IMG/VR virus record: IMGVR_UViG_3300045988_017193
Coordinates: 1-36,515 of that record
Strand: one strand, 5' to 3'
Origin: a virus
Length of the DNA stretch: 36,515 nt
The notes beneath the pieces are model-generated. The model saw only the letters and a list, made by a program, of their open reading frames with translations, was not told the DNA's origin and ran no database searches. Below are positions 13,798-22,807 of this stretch, in pieces. Position 1 is the first letter of the stretch. Each line of letters opens with the position of its first letter. Position numbers and translations under genes: made by a program.

Positions 13798-14131
13798 TGT
13801 CGATCTCTCCTTTCAGCGCCACGATAGCATTTTCAATTCTTTGAAACCGTTCCTCGGTCGCGTCGGCGGCCGGAGGCTTAGGTCTTTGCAGTTCGTATGT
13901 ATTCAGGATCGCCTTGCCGTCCATTCCTATTTGTTTTGTATATATTTTTCCATTTGATAGATCTGCGAATACGGTGACGGATCCGTCCAGGTCGATCATA
14001 GTCCCTTGGGCTTCGTCGATAGATGTGACTGCCATGCATTTCAGCACGTTCTGCGGATTGCGGAACTGTTCGTACTGCTGCAGCCGCTGTGCTGGCGGCT
14101 GGTATGGTGGATAGTATGGGTTTTGAAACAT
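13712..14131 (-). CDS. Protein with a Pro/Gln/Tyr-rich N-terminus, first gene of the post-lysis cassette
   Basis: MFQNPYYPPYQPPAQRLQQYEQF.. then ..VTSIDEAQGTMIDLDGSVTVFADLSNGKIYTKQIGMDGKAILNTYEL. RBS AAAGGGGTG. The last 86 nt overlap the next gene. Confidence 0.75.
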   Translation of the reverse strand: MFQNPYYPPYQPPAQRLQQYEQFRNPQNVLKCMAVTSIDEAQGTMIDLDGSVTVFADLSNGKIYTKQIGMDGKAILNTYELQRPKPPAADATEERFQRIENAIVALKGEIDNVKSSANDAGVRSAKGRAKPAANDAANV

Positions 14132-14161
14132 TTATTTACACCCCTTTCTTATTCTTAGTGT

Positions 14162-14202
14162 AAATAAAAAAGCGACCCTCGTTGTTCACGAAAAGGTCGC
14201 TT
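14162..14202 (-). terminator. Rho-independent terminator after the late/lysis operon
   Basis: On the minus strand, AAGCGACC...GGTCGCTT (8-bp stem) is followed by TTTTTATTT. It starts 6 nt after the stop of the sigma-r4-like gene. Confidence 0.7.
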
Positions 14203-14207
14203 GAAGT

Positions 14208-14438
14208 TTACAAAAAGTGATTTAGTTTTTTGAGAATCTTTCGGTGCTTGGACTTTACGGTCGATTCCGACCAGCCCAGCGCATCGCCGATATAGGCTAG
14301 ATTTTTTCCCTCCAGATAGTGCAGTCTCAGGATCGTTTTTTCGTCCTCTGTCAGTATGCATTCCTGCAAAATTTGCTCAAACTCTTGCACCCCACATATC
14401 TGCTGCAGTTTCCTGCGTGCCTCGATGTGGTCTGTCAT
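14208..14438 (-). CDS. Small sigma-70 region-4-like / LuxR-type HTH protein
   Basis: LTEDEKTILRLHYLEGKNLAYIGDALGWSESTVKSKHRKILKKL is a typical region-4 HTH. Confidence 0.75.
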   Translation of the reverse strand: MTDHIEARRKLQQICGVQEFEQILQECILTEDEKTILRLHYLEGKNLAYIGDALGWSESTVKSKHRKILKKLNHFL

Positions 14439-14447
14439 GGTTTTCTC

Positions 14448-14771
14448 CTATTTTTTGAAAATGTACTGTTCCAGCTCCTCCTTGCCTTTTTTCACTTCGC
14501 CGGTGTTGTTTCCACTTTCGGCATGAGTCAGCAGCAGGTGCAGGCTTTTTAGCATCATCTTCTGATCTTCTTTGATCTCCCTTAAGATTTGATCGTGCTC
14601 ATTCAGGCGTCGCTCGTCGTTCTCCAGGTACTTGGTATGCTTTTGCATTTCTTTTTTTAGTTCGTTCGTTGGCTTCATAGCTGCTCCGATTGCTTTGGCG
14701 ATGTAGACGGCGGCGCCGCCTACCGCGACGATCACGCCGCTGATTGTTAGTATCGTTTCTGTGATTCCCAT
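14448..14771 (-). CDS. N-terminally membrane-anchored coiled-coil protein in the lysis module
   Basis: TILTISGVIVAVGGAAVYIAKAIG is followed by a charged helical region. RBS CAGGAGGG. Confidence 0.75.
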   Translation of the reverse strand: MGITETILTISGVIVAVGGAAVYIAKAIGAAMKPTNELKKEMQKHTKYLENDERRLNEHDQILREIKEDQKMMLKSLHLLLTHAESGNNTGEVKKGKEELEQYIFKK

Positions 14772-14783
14772 GGCGCCCTCCTG

Positions 14784-15485
14784 CTATCCGATGTACTTTC
14801 TGCCGTTCTGCACGGCGCACACGTATCCGGACGGGATCTGCAGCCATATGCTAGATCCGGATGTAACTACCCTCTGGCAGGTCACGCGCGTTCCTGATTT
14901 CAAAACGGCATATGTCTGGCGTAACGCATGCGCTTTGCCGCCAGCCGTCAGCTCGCTACGTTTTTTCTGACGATATCCGGTTCCCGGACCCGTGCGGATT
15001 TTCATATTTGCTTTTAGCGTGTAGGTGCTGCCCACACGGTAGCCGGACGAACTAGTAGATCCGGCCGGTTTATAATTTGCCAACCAGGTCTCCGGGTTTT
15101 GCCACTTCCATGTGGACAGACTTCGGACGCCAATGTGCAGATGCACGCCAGTGCTGGATCCGGTCGTTCCGGCTACGCCGACCTTGGTGCCCTTGCTGAC
15201 GCTCTGGCCCTGTCTAACAGATATGCTGTTCAGATGGAAATATGCAACAGCTACGCCCAGGCGTGGATATTTTACGTACACGTAATTTCCGGCAGAGCTG
15301 TCCCGGCCGCGTTTATATACCACGCCCGATTCGATAGCGCGAACGGCTACCTTCCCGCATCCGTAGTCTACGCCGTAATGGAATCTTTTCTTTTTTGTTC
15401 TCGGATGGATCCGGTAACCGTAGCCGGATGTTTTCCGGTAGGATGCACCCCCGAAGATGATCGCTAACGTGCTTGATGTGCTCAC
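14784..15485 (-). CDS. Endolysin: M23 (LytM-type) metallopeptidase with a C-terminal SH3b-like domain
   Basis: HYGVDYG (HxxxD) and GTTGSSTGVHLHIGV (HxH). The C-terminus is YTLKANMKIRTGPGTGY...GTRVTC...SIWLQIPSGYV. ATGA overlap with the holin. Confidence 0.9.
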   Translation of the reverse strand: MSTSSTLAIIFGGASYRKTSGYGYRIHPRTKKKRFHYGVDYGCGKVAVRAIESGVVYKRGRDSSAGNYVYVKYPRLGVAVAYFHLNSISVRQGQSVSKGTKVGVAGTTGSSTGVHLHIGVRSLSTWKWQNPETWLANYKPAGSTSSSGYRVGSTYTLKANMKIRTGPGTGYRQKKRSELTAGGKAHALRQTYAVLKSGTRVTCQRVVTSGSSIWLQIPSGYVCAVQNGRKYIG

Positions 15486-15808
15486 TTCTCATCCACCTCA
15501 CTTTCGTACTCTTCGGCTTTGGACCCGCTGCCGTTGGTGGCAGCCAGATCTTTGCCTTCGATCATCTGTTTGAACGCCTGGTGCAGGCCGACTGCGATGC
15601 AGCCACCCAGCGCGCCGCCAATGATCGCCGTGATCGCCGGTCCTTCCAGGCACGCCTCTGCGAACGCGCCTATGATCGGCAGCACCGTCGGAATGATCCG
15701 GTTATCGGTCGGCAGCCATTTCTTGATGATGTACCCCAGGATCAAACAGCCTACGATCACGTAGCTGTTGACCGGAATCTGTGTGATGATTTCGTTTAAG
15801 TTGATCAT
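15482..15808 (-). CDS. Holin
   Basis: 108 aa with three hydrophobic segments and a charged C-terminal tail (KAEEYESEVDEK). It lies immediately upstream of, and is coupled to, the endolysin. Confidence 0.8.
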   Translation of the reverse strand: MINLNEIITQIPVNSYVIVGCLILGYIIKKWLPTDNRIIPTVLPIIGAFAEACLEGPAITAIIGGALGGCIAVGLHQAFKQMIEGKDLAATNGSGSKAEEYESEVDEK

Positions 15809-15830
15809 GATTTGCTCCTTTTACTTTCTA

Positions 15831-17030
15831 TTATAGAATTTGCAGCGATATCGTCGTGGGCGCTCCTAGCCGTAATTTATTGGCCGCAGTTGCGTAGGCG
15901 TGCAAACGTATTGTATCGCCGGCCGAAAGGTTAACTATATCTTCCGAAAATGGGACTATGTCAGTGTTACCGACATAGTTAGCACTAGATGCTATCGCTA
16001 ACTGTGTGCCTCCTTTTCGCAGCTCACAGCGTAGCGTACACCACGCGTTAGAATCAGCTGGGAGAATTATCATGCTCCCCGATACTTTGACCTTGCAGGC
16101 TTTTTTTGTTGTGAACGTAGAATCACCATTATCTTTCAGAATCCCTCCTGATTGATATGCGATTTTTACAGGCGTCACCGTACCGCCTGATGTGCCCCAC
16201 GTTCCCGTATTGCTTGTCAGCTGGAGTACACACAGGCCGCCTGCGCCCCAGTTGTCGTCCTGACTTCTGATCCAGCCATTTGATCCCGGATACCATCCGC
16301 TGGAATTTCCGGACCGATACCATACCGGGCTATTTCCGTCAAGACCAACGAATTGTTGCGCCACAACAGAGCCGCCCGCTGTGTAGTTTAGCAGCCATCC
16401 ATATTTCATAGGCTGATTTATCAGCATGCCCTCCGTGCTGATGTACGCCATTCCAGCTCCTGCTTTTCCCCAATTGGTTGGCGTGTCACCATTTCCGTTT
16501 CCAGTCAGAAATTTTAACGCATTGCTTGGAATGTTCATCACTTTTTTTATCCCGCCAAGGCTGGTGAATTTCTGCGCCACCCCGGTCACGTTGATCCCGT
16601 CAAGGGACACCTCATAGAATGGCATGTCAGCGATCAGGTCGCCGGCGTCCAGGTCTCCGGCAGTATAGGATGGTGCGGCAGGCGTGCCGGTAGTCGGTGT
16701 GCCTTGGATCACGACCCAGTCTCCGCTCTGGACTTTTTGTTCTTCGTCTACCGTCCAGCGGCAGACGATCAGGTCTTTCCGCTTTTCGCCCTGGGTGCCG
16801 TTTGCGATGGTCACTTCGTCATACGTGCTGGGTTCTACACAAAAATACCGCCCCTGGATCATGCCGATCCCGGAACGTATTTTTACAGAATTGTTGGAAC
16901 TCACCTCGGCGGCGAAGTTTTCAAAAAAATTGAAAACGCAGGAATCTATTCCTGCCATTCCCCGATGCCACATGGAATCCTGGAGCGGCGTGATATGGGG
17001 TTCCTTTGCAGCGTTCGTTATTGAAATCAT
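15831..17030 (-). CDS. Tail fiber / receptor-binding protein
   Basis: It is the last structural gene before the holin. The sequence is Gly/Thr/Ser/Asn-rich. The start overlaps the upstream stop. Confidence 0.75.
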   Translation of the reverse strand: MISITNAAKEPHITPLQDSMWHRGMAGIDSCVFNFFENFAAEVSSNNSVKIRSGIGMIQGRYFCVEPSTYDEVTIANGTQGEKRKDLIVCRWTVDEEQKVQSGDWVVIQGTPTTGTPAAPSYTAGDLDAGDLIADMPFYEVSLDGINVTGVAQKFTSLGGIKKVMNIPSNALKFLTGNGNGDTPTNWGKAGAGMAYISTEGMLINQPMKYGWLLNYTAGGSVVAQQFVGLDGNSPVWYRSGNSSGWYPGSNGWIRSQDDNWGAGGLCVLQLTSNTGTWGTSGGTVTPVKIAYQSGGILKDNGDSTFTTKKACKVKVSGSMIILPADSNAWCTLRCELRKGGTQLAIASSANYVGNTDIVPFSEDIVNLSAGDTIRLHAYATAANKLRLGAPTTISLQIL

Positions 17031-17713
17031 TCGCTAACCTCCTTCCACAGTGCCTCGGTGCCGACGACTCCCGGCTCCCATACGTTGTTATCGACCTGGG
17101 ACTCCCAGGTCTTGCCGCTGTGTTTCGTCTTGTCGCCCTTGGCGTATCCGTTGGTGCTTCCCGGCTGCTCCCAGTCTGGGATGACTTCCGTATCCGGATT
17201 CAGTACTTTCGCCCATAGGCTCGGCGCATCTTCCGGCGTCCACGATGGCTGCGATGTGTGCGCCTGCAGGCATTTGTACAGCGTGCCGTTTCTATTGACT
17301 TTGTAATCTTTTGGATATGTCACGGAATCCGGCGACCATTCCGGGTACAGCGACTGCACTGTCATGGCATCTTCGTCGTCCAGCGTTTGCGCCTGGATCT
17401 TTGCCACTTGCAGCGATGCCGCTATGATCTCTTCCTTTGCTTCCGGCGTGCGATCTGGTTTATAGTTTGTGACACCGTAGATCTTGCCGGTGTACTCTTC
17501 AGTTCGGTAGAATTCCGTGTAGCCGTCGTATGTGGCAATGGTCTCGCCGTCGTCACCTTTTACTGTCATGCTCCGGGTTTTTACTTCGTCCGAAAATATC
17601 GCCCGAAGATCTTCCGGCGCAGTGCTGATCGTTTTGATCGTCAGATAGCCTTCCGCTTCACTCGCGATCTGCTGGATGATCAGCTCCGACAGGTCACTGA
17701 ATACTATTTTCAT
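17027..17713 (-). CDS. Tail protein with two C-terminal CBM5/12-type (ChtBD3-like) carbohydrate-binding repeats
   Basis: YKVNRNGTLYKCLQAHTSQPSWTPEDAPSLWAKV and YAKGDKTKHSGKTWESQVDNNVWEPGVVGTEALWKEV. I chose the start MKIVF, 9 nt after AAGGAG. Confidence 0.75.
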   Translation of the reverse strand: MKIVFSDLSELIIQQIASEAEGYLTIKTISTAPEDLRAIFSDEVKTRSMTVKGDDGETIATYDGYTEFYRTEEYTGKIYGVTNYKPDRTPEAKEEIIAASLQVAKIQAQTLDDEDAMTVQSLYPEWSPDSVTYPKDYKVNRNGTLYKCLQAHTSQPSWTPEDAPSLWAKVLNPDTEVIPDWEQPGSTNGYAKGDKTKHSGKTWESQVDNNVWEPGVVGTEALWKEVSE

Positions 17714-18701
17714 CTTCATCATCTCCTTCTATGCTGTAGTCCAGCGTTTCTTTGCCGTCCGATATTCGCCAAACTTTCCCCGTGATCGGTTTTTTTGCAT
17801 ATAAACCAGTCAGGTAGTCCCGGCCGCCCACGATGTCTCCGATCTCTACGGCTATGTTCAGCGATGCCACGTCCATCTCGAACGTGGTTCGGTTGGCCAC
17901 TTCTTTCAGCTTTTCGATCCCTCGTTCTTCCAGTTCGTCTTCTTCGGCGTTGTTGTTATCGTAAACTTCTACGACTTCCGCAGCGCCTTTGTAGTATTGG
18001 GTTTTTCCGATTTCTCCGTTTTTTCCAACATACAGATCGATCACCGTTCTGTCTTTCAGTTCTCCTTTTCCCAGGCAGATCAGATGATTCACTCCGTTTC
18101 TCACGTCGGAAAAACTGAAATTCAGCTGATCATCCTGCGACAGCTCGATGGTCTGTGAATGGTCTACGATCGGCACTGCCGCCAGCTGCACATATCCTGC
18201 CGCTTTTTCCTGCTGCACGTATTTGATTTGCAGGCGATAGCCTTTTGACTGCAGCATTTTTTTGATCCCGGAAAGCAGTGTGGTGTACCGTTCGAACTGA
18301 TAGCTCGTTACGCTTGCTCCGGTGTTTTCGTCAGAAACTGAAAAAATAGTGCTAAAATTTTCCCCAATCAAGGTTCTCAGCACGGTGTTCAGTTCGCCGG
18401 AAATGATTCGGTAGTTTTGTCCGGAGGGCGGTCGAATTATTTTTTTGTCCAACATTCCCCGCCATGTCCTTCCGTAATACTTGATCACATCTAGCGTGGT
18501 GTCGGTATCGATCTCACCGATGATCCCGCCGTATTCTGTGTCCGGGATATAGATCACATCCCCGTACCCGACGGACTCTGTGAACTGTCCCCGTCCTATC
18601 GACAGCTCGAAATCATTTTTATCCCCCACATCAATATCGATGTCAACATCGAACAGCCTTTTTTTATCTCGCAGAAATTCATCTGCCAGGATCATCTCCA
18701 T
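17694..18701 (-). CDS. Tail-tip / baseplate protein (Tal position)
   Basis: It follows Dit. The 335-aa product starts MEMILADEFLRDKKRLFDVD... The family is not resolved by eye. Confidence 0.75.
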   Translation of the reverse strand: MEMILADEFLRDKKRLFDVDIDIDVGDKNDFELSIGRGQFTESVGYGDVIYIPDTEYGGIIGEIDTDTTLDVIKYYGRTWRGMLDKKIIRPPSGQNYRIISGELNTVLRTLIGENFSTIFSVSDENTGASVTSYQFERYTTLLSGIKKMLQSKGYRLQIKYVQQEKAAGYVQLAAVPIVDHSQTIELSQDDQLNFSFSDVRNGVNHLICLGKGELKDRTVIDLYVGKNGEIGKTQYYKGAAEVVEVYDNNNAEEDELEERGIEKLKEVANRTTFEMDVASLNIAVEIGDIVGGRDYLTGLYAKKPITGKVWRISDGKETLDYSIEGDDEDENSIQ

Positions 18702-19537
18702 CTCGGCTCACTCCTTTCCAAGAACAGCGTGATGTCGAATCCGAACGCTCCCGTCCAGTTTACTGACAGACTGCCCGGCGGTATTTTGCGAAATACCGAA
18801 TTCTCTTTTGCTCGCAGATCGTAGATATTTGCTGTTGTGTTATTGTTTCTGTATTTTGTGATCGTATTCTCTCTGCTGTCTATCACCATATACTCGCCGT
18901 GCTCCAGCGTGTCGAAAACCTGGTATGGGTACCCGGATATGTTGATCCGGGGATCCGTCACCGGTCCGTATATGGTCATTTTGAATTCGCTATCTGTGTA
19001 GTGGTCTACGATCCAGCTGCGATTTCCTGCGCTATCTGTTGCGTAGTTATATGGATAGTCGTATAGATAGTTCAGCCCGTTTTCATTTCCGGATTCTTCA
19101 GATCTATCGTCTGGGTAAAACTGTTTTGTCAGTTCGCGGATATAAAACGGGTACGGCGCCAGGAATGTGGCTGACTGCTCATATCCATAGAATTCACCTG
19201 ACGGCTTTGTTTCTCTGGCTACGAAATAACCCCGGATGTATTCGTCCGCGATCCACAGTTCTCCCTGTTTCATCTCCAGGACATCTTTTTCGCATTCCGC
19301 AAAGAAGTCGTTCAGATTTTCGCTGATCTTCTTCTCGCTTCCACGAAATTTAAAAATGATCGGTAGCTTGATGGGATCCTTGGTGAACTTTGTGATCCGG
19401 ATTCCGTACTGCTGTTCAATGCTTTCGTATGTCCAGTCTGACGAATGTGGATTGCATTCTTTGATGTGCATCTCATACGACTGGTTCAGAATGAATTCTT
19501 TTCCGCTGTTTCCTGCTATGTATTTTGCTACAATCAT
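18692..19537 (-). CDS. Distal tail protein (Dit-like)
   Basis: It lies immediately downstream of the tape measure with an ATGA overlap. Size and position are typical of siphovirus Dit. Confidence 0.75.
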   Translation of the reverse strand: MIVAKYIAGNSGKEFILNQSYEMHIKECNPHSSDWTYESIEQQYGIRITKFTKDPIKLPIIFKFRGSEKKISENLNDFFAECEKDVLEMKQGELWIADEYIRGYFVARETKPSGEFYGYEQSATFLAPYPFYIRELTKQFYPDDRSEESGNENGLNYLYDYPYNYATDSAGNRSWIVDHYTDSEFKMTIYGPVTDPRINISGYPYQVFDTLEHGEYMVIDSRENTITKYRNNNTTANIYDLRAKENSVFRKIPPGSLSVNWTGAFGFDITLFLERSEPRWR

Positions 19538-22500
19538 CCGAATACTACCCCCTGCCGTTTCAATTCTCTTCCGATCAGCCTGCTGTCTATGTAGATGCCG
19601 CGATTTTGCATCTGCTCCAGGCGATCATAATCGATTCTGGCTTCAAACGAATTTTGCGCCGTCAGTCCAACGTTTTCGATCTGTCCCATCGTGTTGGCCA
19701 TAACACGTTTTACCAGGGTGTTAACCTGGCGCATGCTTTCCACGAATCCAATTCCAAAACCCTCACCAACGAACACACCGATTTCTCTGGTTGCTCTGGA
19801 TGGCGAATGGACTTTAAAAATTGATTTTAAGCCATCGAGTACCGACGATCCGAATGACTTTACTTTTTCGAGGATCCAGTCTTTTACACTCTTTATCCCA
19901 TTCCACAATCCTTTCACCCAGTTTTTCCCGACGTTAACCAGCGATCCGATTCCGGACTTGATTTTTTCAGGGATCGACTGCGCAAAACTTGATATTTTTC
20001 CGAACAGGCTACTCACCCAGCTGCTAATTCCAGACCACAGTTTTTTTAGGATCTGCACCCCGACTGAAAAAATCTGCCCGATCATCGATAACAGTCCCGT
20101 AACTATCGCTGATATGATCTGCGGCAGCGCTGCTACCAGCTGCGGGATTGCTTGAATCAATCCTTGTATCAGCGCCATGATGATCTGCAGCGCTCCAGAG
20201 ATTATCATCGGCAGATTTTCTGTAATTCCTGTTACGATTCCGTTTATTACTTGCGGGATCATCGCTATGATCTGCGGTATCGCTTCCACGATCCCGTTGA
20301 TCAGCGCAATGATAATCTGAATTCCTGCCGCAATCAACTGCGGGAGCGCAGCGATCAGCGCGTCAAACAGCGCCATGATGATCTGCAGCGCTCCGGAGAT
20401 CAGCTGTGGCAGTGCGGCGACGATTCCTTCTACAAGTGTAATTATGATCGTGCCTGCCGCTTCTATCAGCGCCGGCACTGCTGTAGTAATTGCCGTTACC
20501 AGCGTTGTTATGATCTGTCCGGCCGCCGCCATCAGCGACGGTAGTGTGGATGCTATTGCCTGGATCAGCGTCTGCAGCATCTGTGCCCCTACGGTAATCA
20601 ATGCCGGGAGAGCCACAACCAATCCATTCACGATCGTGCTGACGATCTGTGGAATAGCCGCAGTCAGCGCCGGAAGTGCTGCTGTAATCGCACTCACTAG
20701 TCCATTCACAATTTCCACCCCTGCGTTTAACAACGCCGGAAGAGCATTAGTGATTGCTGCCGCGATCTGCGGTGCCATCTGCGCGAATGCGTTGGACATG
20801 TCGACGATTTTGTTTGAAAACCCTTCGACCGCCGCCACCGCTTCGTCTGTGTTGGTTGCAAATTTATATAATCCAATTCCAACAGCTGCGATTGCAGCGC
20901 CTACCATCAGGAACTTTCCAGCAGTCATTGCAATTGCCAGGATTTTTTGTGCGTTTGCAGCGGCGAACGTGGCCACTTTGTTTGCCACAAGGGATGCGGT
21001 GTTTGCAATGACTCTTGCTGTTGATGCTACGAACGACGCCGCCATTTTTATTCCGTTCAGTGCCACCCTGGCCATATTCGCCGCCAGGGTTCCTGCGGCG
21101 CTTCCTGCTTTTTTTGCTGACGCAATAAATTTACTTAGACCGCTTTCGTTGTCCGCAAGCGCCTTTGATACCGCGGACACTCCTAGCGAAATCTTTCCGA
21201 TGGCGATCAAGGCTGGGGCTAATGCTGCACCAAACATGATGAATGTTGCAATTGCAGCACGCACCGGTTCTGGCAATCCCGCCAAAAAGTTAGCCACGTT
21301 TTTCATGGCATTTGCGATGTTTCGCAGCGCCGGAAGCATCACTTCTCCCATGCTGATCGCCGCCTCCTGAAATGCGGACTTCATCTGGCTTAGCTGCGCT
21401 GCCGTTGTCTTGTACCTTTTTTCTGCTTCCGCTGCCATTGCGGTGTTTTCATTCCAGGCACTGTTTGCGGTATCCACAGCCTGTCCCAGAATGTCGTTAG
21501 ATCCGGCCAGCGCCAGAACTGTATTTGACAATCTTGCATCTGTCAGCCCTAGATCCTGCAGTACGCCGATAGCGCTTTGCCCATTTCTTTCGGTGTCATT
21601 CAGTCCGTTTATAAACATGGACAGTGCGCCGACCGCATCCTGCTCGAATGCAGTTTTGAATTCATCTGCGGATACTCCGGCCACGCTTGCAAATTTGTTT
21701 AAATTTGCGCCACCTGTTTCAGTAGCGGTCTGAATCCGCTTCAGCAGCGTGGACATTGCTGTGCCTCCGGCCTCAGCTTCGATGCCTACACTGCTCATGG
21801 CTGTTGCCAGTGCCATGATCTGTGGCTCCGACAGACCCGCAAGACTACCGGTAGACGCTAGCCGCGTGCCCATCTCAACGATGTCCGATTCTGTCGTCGC
21901 AAAATTATTTCCCAGGTCTACGATAGTAGACCCCAGTCTGCTGTAGTCGCTCGCGGACATGTTCGTGATGTTCGCAAATTTTGCCAGAGACGACGCCGCC
22001 TGTTCTGCGGACAGGTTCGTTGTGTCTCCCAGTTCGATCATGACCTTCGTGAAATCCATCACGTTATCCGTCTTGATCCCTAACTGTCCAGCCGCTTCAG
22101 CTACTGCTGCGATCTCGCCCGGCGTAGATGCGGTTGCCTGGGACAGATCCAGGATCCCCTGGCGTATCTTTCCCAGCTGCGCATCCGTTCCGTCAACCGT
22201 CTTTGTTACGCCTGCAAATGCACTTTCGAAATCCACGGCGCTTTTTAGCGATACTCCGCCGACTGCCGCGAACGCCGTCGATAACCCTTTCAGCTTTTGA
22301 CCAGCCGCTTCCGTCTTTTTTCCCAGTTCTTCTGCTTTGATCGATAACTGTCCGAATGCCGACGACTGCTGTTGAACCTGCTTCAGCTCGCTTTCCATTC
22401 CGTTCAGCGCGACTTCTGCGTTATTGATCTGCGTTTTCAGGCGATCACATGTCGCGGCCTGTTTGTCATATGCGGCCGCGGCTTTTTGGGCTTCCACGGA

Positions 22501-22803
22501 ATTCTCGCCAAACTCTGCAGCAGCTTCTTCCGCAGCTTTTCCCAGCGTCTGCAGCTTGGTTTGCGCTTCCGTCAGCTGTGCATTCATTTGTGTGATCCGC
22601 TGCTTCTGGACTTCTATCTGCTTTGATAGAACCTGCGCTTTGGCCGCTAATGCCTGCGTAGATGTGCCATTTTTAGAAAACTGCGAATCAACCAGTTTCA
22701 GCTCGCTGGACAGCTGTTTGCTGGCTGTTACTATATTGCGGATGGCGCGCTCAAATTCTGCGCCACCGTCCAGTTTTATTTTTGCGCCAATATCAGCTGC
22801 CAT
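19534..22803 (-). CDS. Tail tape measure protein
   Basis: 1089 aa with an N-terminal coiled coil, the TP901-type core (LGSTIVDLGNNFATTESDIVEMGTRLASTG...GIEAEAGGTAMS) and a hydrophobic repeat region. Confidence 0.95.
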   Translation of the reverse strand: MAADIGAKIKLDGGAEFERAIRNIVTASKQLSSELKLVDSQFSKNGTSTQALAAKAQVLSKQIEVQKQRITQMNAQLTEAQTKLQTLGKAAEEAAAEFGENSVEAQKAAAAYDKQAATCDRLKTQINNAEVALNGMESELKQVQQQSSAFGQLSIKAEELGKKTEAAGQKLKGLSTAFAAVGGVSLKSAVDFESAFAGVTKTVDGTDAQLGKIRQGILDLSQATASTPGEIAAVAEAAGQLGIKTDNVMDFTKVMIELGDTTNLSAEQAASSLAKFANITNMSASDYSRLGSTIVDLGNNFATTESDIVEMGTRLASTGSLAGLSEPQIMALATAMSSVGIEAEAGGTAMSTLLKRIQTATETGGANLNKFASVAGVSADEFKTAFEQDAVGALSMFINGLNDTERNGQSAIGVLQDLGLTDARLSNTVLALAGSNDILGQAVDTANSAWNENTAMAAEAEKRYKTTAAQLSQMKSAFQEAAISMGEVMLPALRNIANAMKNVANFLAGLPEPVRAAIATFIMFGAALAPALIAIGKISLGVSAVSKALADNESGLSKFIASAKKAGSAAGTLAANMARVALNGIKMAASFVASTARVIANTASLVANKVATFAAANAQKILAIAMTAGKFLMVGAAIAAVGIGLYKFATNTDEAVAAVEGFSNKIVDMSNAFAQMAPQIAAAITNALPALLNAGVEIVNGLVSAITAALPALTAAIPQIVSTIVNGLVVALPALITVGAQMLQTLIQAIASTLPSLMAAAGQIITTLVTAITTAVPALIEAAGTIIITLVEGIVAALPQLISGALQIIMALFDALIAALPQLIAAGIQIIIALINGIVEAIPQIIAMIPQVINGIVTGITENLPMIISGALQIIMALIQGLIQAIPQLVAALPQIISAIVTGLLSMIGQIFSVGVQILKKLWSGISSWVSSLFGKISSFAQSIPEKIKSGIGSLVNVGKNWVKGLWNGIKSVKDWILEKVKSFGSSVLDGLKSIFKVHSPSRATREIGVFVGEGFGIGFVESMRQVNTLVKRVMANTMGQIENVGLTAQNSFEARIDYDRLEQMQNRGIYIDSRLIGRELKRQGVVFG
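20090..20740 (-). repeat. Internal tandem repeats in the tape measure gene (~22-aa units; 198-bp super-period)
   Basis: AGCGCCATGATGATCTGCAGCGCTCC(A/G)GAGAT occurs at 20171-20202 and at 20369-20400. The protein shows recurring ..A(L/I)PQLI.. and SGALQIIMAL units. Confidence 0.8.
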
Positions 22804-22807
22804 TTCA

